This document shows, one piece after another, positions 15,923 to 18,835 of a stretch of DNA of 18,835 nucleotides. Position numbers and translations under genes: made by a program. This DNA is from Candidatus Helarchaeota ASGARD archaeon Hel_GB_B (lineage in GTDB: Archaea > Asgardarchaeota > Lokiarchaeia > Helarchaeales > HEL-GB-B): the NCBI GenBank assembly GCA_005191425.1, contig SUPR01000072.1, positions 1 through 18,835 on the forward strand, given 5' to 3'. Under the pieces are notes generated by a model that saw only the letters and a program-made list of their open reading frames with translations, was not told where the DNA came from and made no database searches. The number at the start of each line of letters is the position of its first letter. The first letter of the stretch is position 1.

Positions 15923-17116
15923 TCAAGTTTGTTTAATACTCCTTAAATAGGGCGTCTTGTAGTTTTCTAAATATTTTTCAATCGATATTTCTTTTCTTAA
16001 ATCAAAAACAAAAACTAAAATTATAATTGGTATAATCATTATATGAGCATAACCAGATGGTGAAGCAAGAATAAACGCTAACGTCATCAAGAATGACCAA
16101 TATACTAATTTCCCTCTATATGGTTTTTTCCAGAATTTATAAAGATAATAAAATGTTAAAAGCAATGCAAGCCCTGTAAGAACTGTTGTCAAATGTGGAA
16201 TAGACAAAGGAATACTTGGATCTACTATTAAATTATAAATTGTATTTAAATATGGTGGAATTGAACACACATGTAAAAACCAATAAGTATTTTCCCCTAA
16301 AATATTGTTATATGGGTGTAAAAAGTTTCCTGAAACCCGTGTCCCTTGAGAAATAAATATATCATGAATAAATGTTACCGGATTCCAAACCAGAAATGGA
16401 ATAATTATTATAATTGCAGGAATTAATCCTATAATGAATCTTTTCAATCCAGCTAATTTATTCTTTTTAAAATGATAAATGAAAAAGAATAAAGCGGGAA
16501 TAGCTAAATATGTATATGTAATAGTACCTAAACTTATATATAATGCAGATTTGGTCGGATTATCTAAATTTAAATACGTTAACACGAGAAATAACATGGG
16601 TATAGAAATAAAATTCGAGAAATCTAACATAGCAAATAAAGGAGCTGTAATTATCCACTGACCAATTGCTGTTCCATAATAACCTCCCTTCCAAAACCTA
16701 TAAAATACGTATATATCAACAATAAAATGCAAAATGAAAAATGCTGGATAAAAATCAATTTGACCAATACTGGGTTGTCCCGGCCATAATAATACTGGTA
16801 AATGTATAATTATTGTTAATGGTGGATATTGAAAATAATTTTCCTTATTTATTATATCTAAAACTGGCATCTGATAACTCTGCCCATAAGGGTCTATTCC
16901 ATTAATGAGATAATTTAAAGCCAATAAAACTTTTTCATTCATATCACACCAATCTAAATTGACTGTAAAATAGTAGAATACCAAAAAACCAAATCGCATT
17001 AATGTTCCAATTATAAAAATCAATAAACCCGATTTTAATCTGTTGCTTTTTATCCAATCAACAAATTTTTTCAATAATTCGTCCAGTCTTTTAAAAAATT
17101 TGTTCATTTTGATCAT
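15923..17116 (-). CDS. Polytopic membrane protein, GT-C fold-like (GT87/DUF2029-type glycosyltransferase), copy B
   Basis: It is a clear paralog of copy A, sharing DMNEKV, YLINGI, QYPP, IIHLPVLLWPG, FISIPMLF, YTYLAIPALFF, SQGTRVSGNF and SIPPYLNTIYNL. The start is 17116 or 17107. Confidence 0.65.
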   Translation of the reverse strand: MIKMNKFFKRLDELLKKFVDWIKSNRLKSGLLIFIIGTLMRFGFLVFYYFTVNLDWCDMNEKVLLALNYLINGIDPYGQSYQMPVLDIINKENYFQYPPLTIIIHLPVLLWPGQPSIGQIDFYPAFFILHFIVDIYVFYRFWKGGYYGTAIGQWIITAPLFAMLDFSNFISIPMLFLVLTYLNLDNPTKSALYISLGTITYTYLAIPALFFFIYHFKKNKLAGLKRFIIGLIPAIIIIIPFLVWNPVTFIHDIFISQGTRVSGNFLHPYNNILGENTYWFLHVCSIPPYLNTIYNLIVDPSIPLSIPHLTTVLTGLALLLTFYYLYKFWKKPYRGKLVYWSFLMTLAFILASPSGYAHIMIIPIIILVFVFDLRKEISIEKYLENYKTPYLRSIKQT

Positions 17117-17820
17117 TTAAAGTAAAATCTCTCATAATTTTCTAATCTTTAAAAGAATTTTTGGATTAAAATACTTTAAAAAAATAATTTATAAAATTTA
17201 TTATCTTGATATCTTTGAAACATCCTTTAAATAAATCAGTTAATTACGATTTTAATTGTTATTTTGCGTTTTTTTTAAGCATATATTTTTATTATATAAT
17301 ATTTTAAATTTCCTTCTGTATATAATTAAATTTGAATCATGGATCTAAAACATGTATTTGGCGAATATTCCATCTTTAATTTTATTATTATATATTTTAG
17401 ATTTTTACAAATTCCGCTGGTGATTTTAATTGGGCGTTTTTAAATAAATTCATTCCTATTCAATTACTATATCCATTTTTCTCGATATTGCACAAGCTAC
17501 AGTTATATCCAAATTTGAAACAAATTATTATTATTTCAATATAGTTAAAAATATCCATAATTATGTATCCCCACTCTTTATGATATTTATTTTATAATTT
17601 TTCACTGATTATAACTCAATATTATTTACATCCACCTATATTTTAATTAATATTAAAAAATACTCCCAAACTTCGGATTTCAGTAAAAAACATGAAATTA
17701 TTTATATACTTTTATTGGACTAAGAATTAGAAAAAACCAATTATCTTAACAATTATATTTTTAGATTCGTTTATTCATATATTTTATTATAAAATTATCA
17801 TTTAAAGTAAGATCAAGAAA

Positions 17821-18780
17821 ATGTCTACAGAAAATAATGAAGATTTAAAAATTAATTTAACCCAAAATTTTATTAAATATTTATTAATTAAAGAATATAG
17901 TTTTTCTAAACATAAAGCTAATCAAATATCTTGTCAATTTGTTGATTTAAAGGAATTTTTATATTATGATTTTGAAAATTTAAAAAATTTAAAATCGCCG
18001 AGTGGTAAAACATTAATCAAGTTAAATGAAAATGAAATTAAAAAATTGGATAAGATTAAATATGATAATTTGATTGATCTTACTAAGTACATCTCTGAAA
18101 ATTATATTCGCATAATTGCACGAGATTTTATTAAGACACAAATTAAAAACTTGAATTCCATTTCCTTAGATAGATTAAACCCAAATCCATTTTTGATTAA
18201 TGCTTTAAATTTGAAAAATGTAGAAGAATTGATTGAGTTATTAGTTTTCCAGAGAGCGACCAGGTCTATTGTTACTTCTTTTGGTTTTTATTTAGAAAAT
18301 TTTTTAGAAGCTGCAGGGAGTATAAAACTGAAAAAAGGTTTTGACTTATTAAAAATTATAAACGGCGTAAATCATTATATACAAGTGAAGAGCGGTACTA
18401 GTGATATGGATAAAGATCAAGTTGAATTTTGGAGGAAAAAAATAGAAGAATTTGAAAATCTAGGACATAAAGCTTATATTGGAATGCCATATGGAAAAAA
18501 AGATAATACTTCAGTTTCAATTGGTCTTTTTAAAAAATATTTACCTGAATGGGAGTCACGGACACTCATCGGAAAAGAACTTTGGGACTTTGTAAGTGGT
18601 GTAAAAGATTTTCATATAAAAATTTTAGAAGAATTGAAAATTTCTGCTACACAAATCTTAAAAAATGAAACTATATTGAATGAAATTAAAAAAGCTATTG
18701 ATAGAATAACAAATGAATTTCATCAAAAATATGGAATTGGTGAACAAGCCATTAAAAAATTTATAGATCACTTATTTTAG
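17821..18780 (+). CDS. Putative type II restriction endonuclease (PD-(D/E)xK; EcoO109I/PmeII- or TdeIII-like) with N-terminal extension
   Basis: Motifs LNPNPFL, RSIVTSFGFYLE, GFD-x10-YIQVKSG and LIGKELWDFVSG match the pattern of this REase group. About 80 extra N-terminal residues precede the nuclease core. Confidence 0.7.
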   Translation: MSTENNEDLKINLTQNFIKYLLIKEYSFSKHKANQISCQFVDLKEFLYYDFENLKNLKSPSGKTLIKLNENEIKKLDKIKYDNLIDLTKYISENYIRIIARDFIKTQIKNLNSISLDRLNPNPFLINALNLKNVEELIELLVFQRATRSIVTSFGFYLENFLEAAGSIKLKKGFDLLKIINGVNHYIQVKSGTSDMDKDQVEFWRKKIEEFENLGHKAYIGMPYGKKDNTSVSIGLFKKYLPEWESRTLIGKELWDFVSGVKDFHIKILEELKISATQILKNETILNEIKKAIDRITNEFHQKYGIGEQAIKKFIDHLF

Positions 18781-18835
18781 TATTATAATAATTTTCTATC
18801 ATTTATAATTAAAAATTCTTTAATAATTCTATTTA

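Noticed and set aside
15148-16661. Small ORFs 15148-15339 and 16479-16661
   Set aside because: Both lie wholly inside the GT-C-like genes and have no independent signals.

Overview
This is a very AT-rich prokaryotic window, probably archaeal and most likely Asgard/Lokiarchaeia-like. That host call is an inference from GGTGA/AGGT Shine-Dalgarno-like motifs, oligo-T 3' flanks, a tungsten-type AOR, a Uma2-like protein with an ERAEK tail and Lys-rich helical hypotheticals. From left to right it contains: (1) a decayed IS110-family recombinase on the minus strand, missed by the ORF track, with a structured, motif-repeating upstream region; (2) a stand-alone class I (bacterial/eukaryotic-type) GAPDH with an 18-bp palindrome upstream; (3) a Uma2-like PD-(D/E)xK protein with a 21-bp tandem-repeat tail; (4) an aldehyde:ferredoxin oxidoreductase; (5) a Ni/Co ECF transporter split into divergent MN and QO halves, with a His-rich ATPase tail; (6) a four-gene GlcD/GlcF/GlcE-like operon (FAD oxidase, CCG Fe-S protein, FAD oxidase, unknown possibly SCP2-like protein) in which three of the four genes are broken by frameshifts or a nonsense codon; (7) a helical-repeat hypothetical; (8) two tandem paralogous GT-C-like membrane proteins; and (9) a type II restriction endonuclease-like gene with an N-terminal extension. 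I saw no rRNA, tRNA or CRISPR array. All family assignments come from motif recognition, not database searches.
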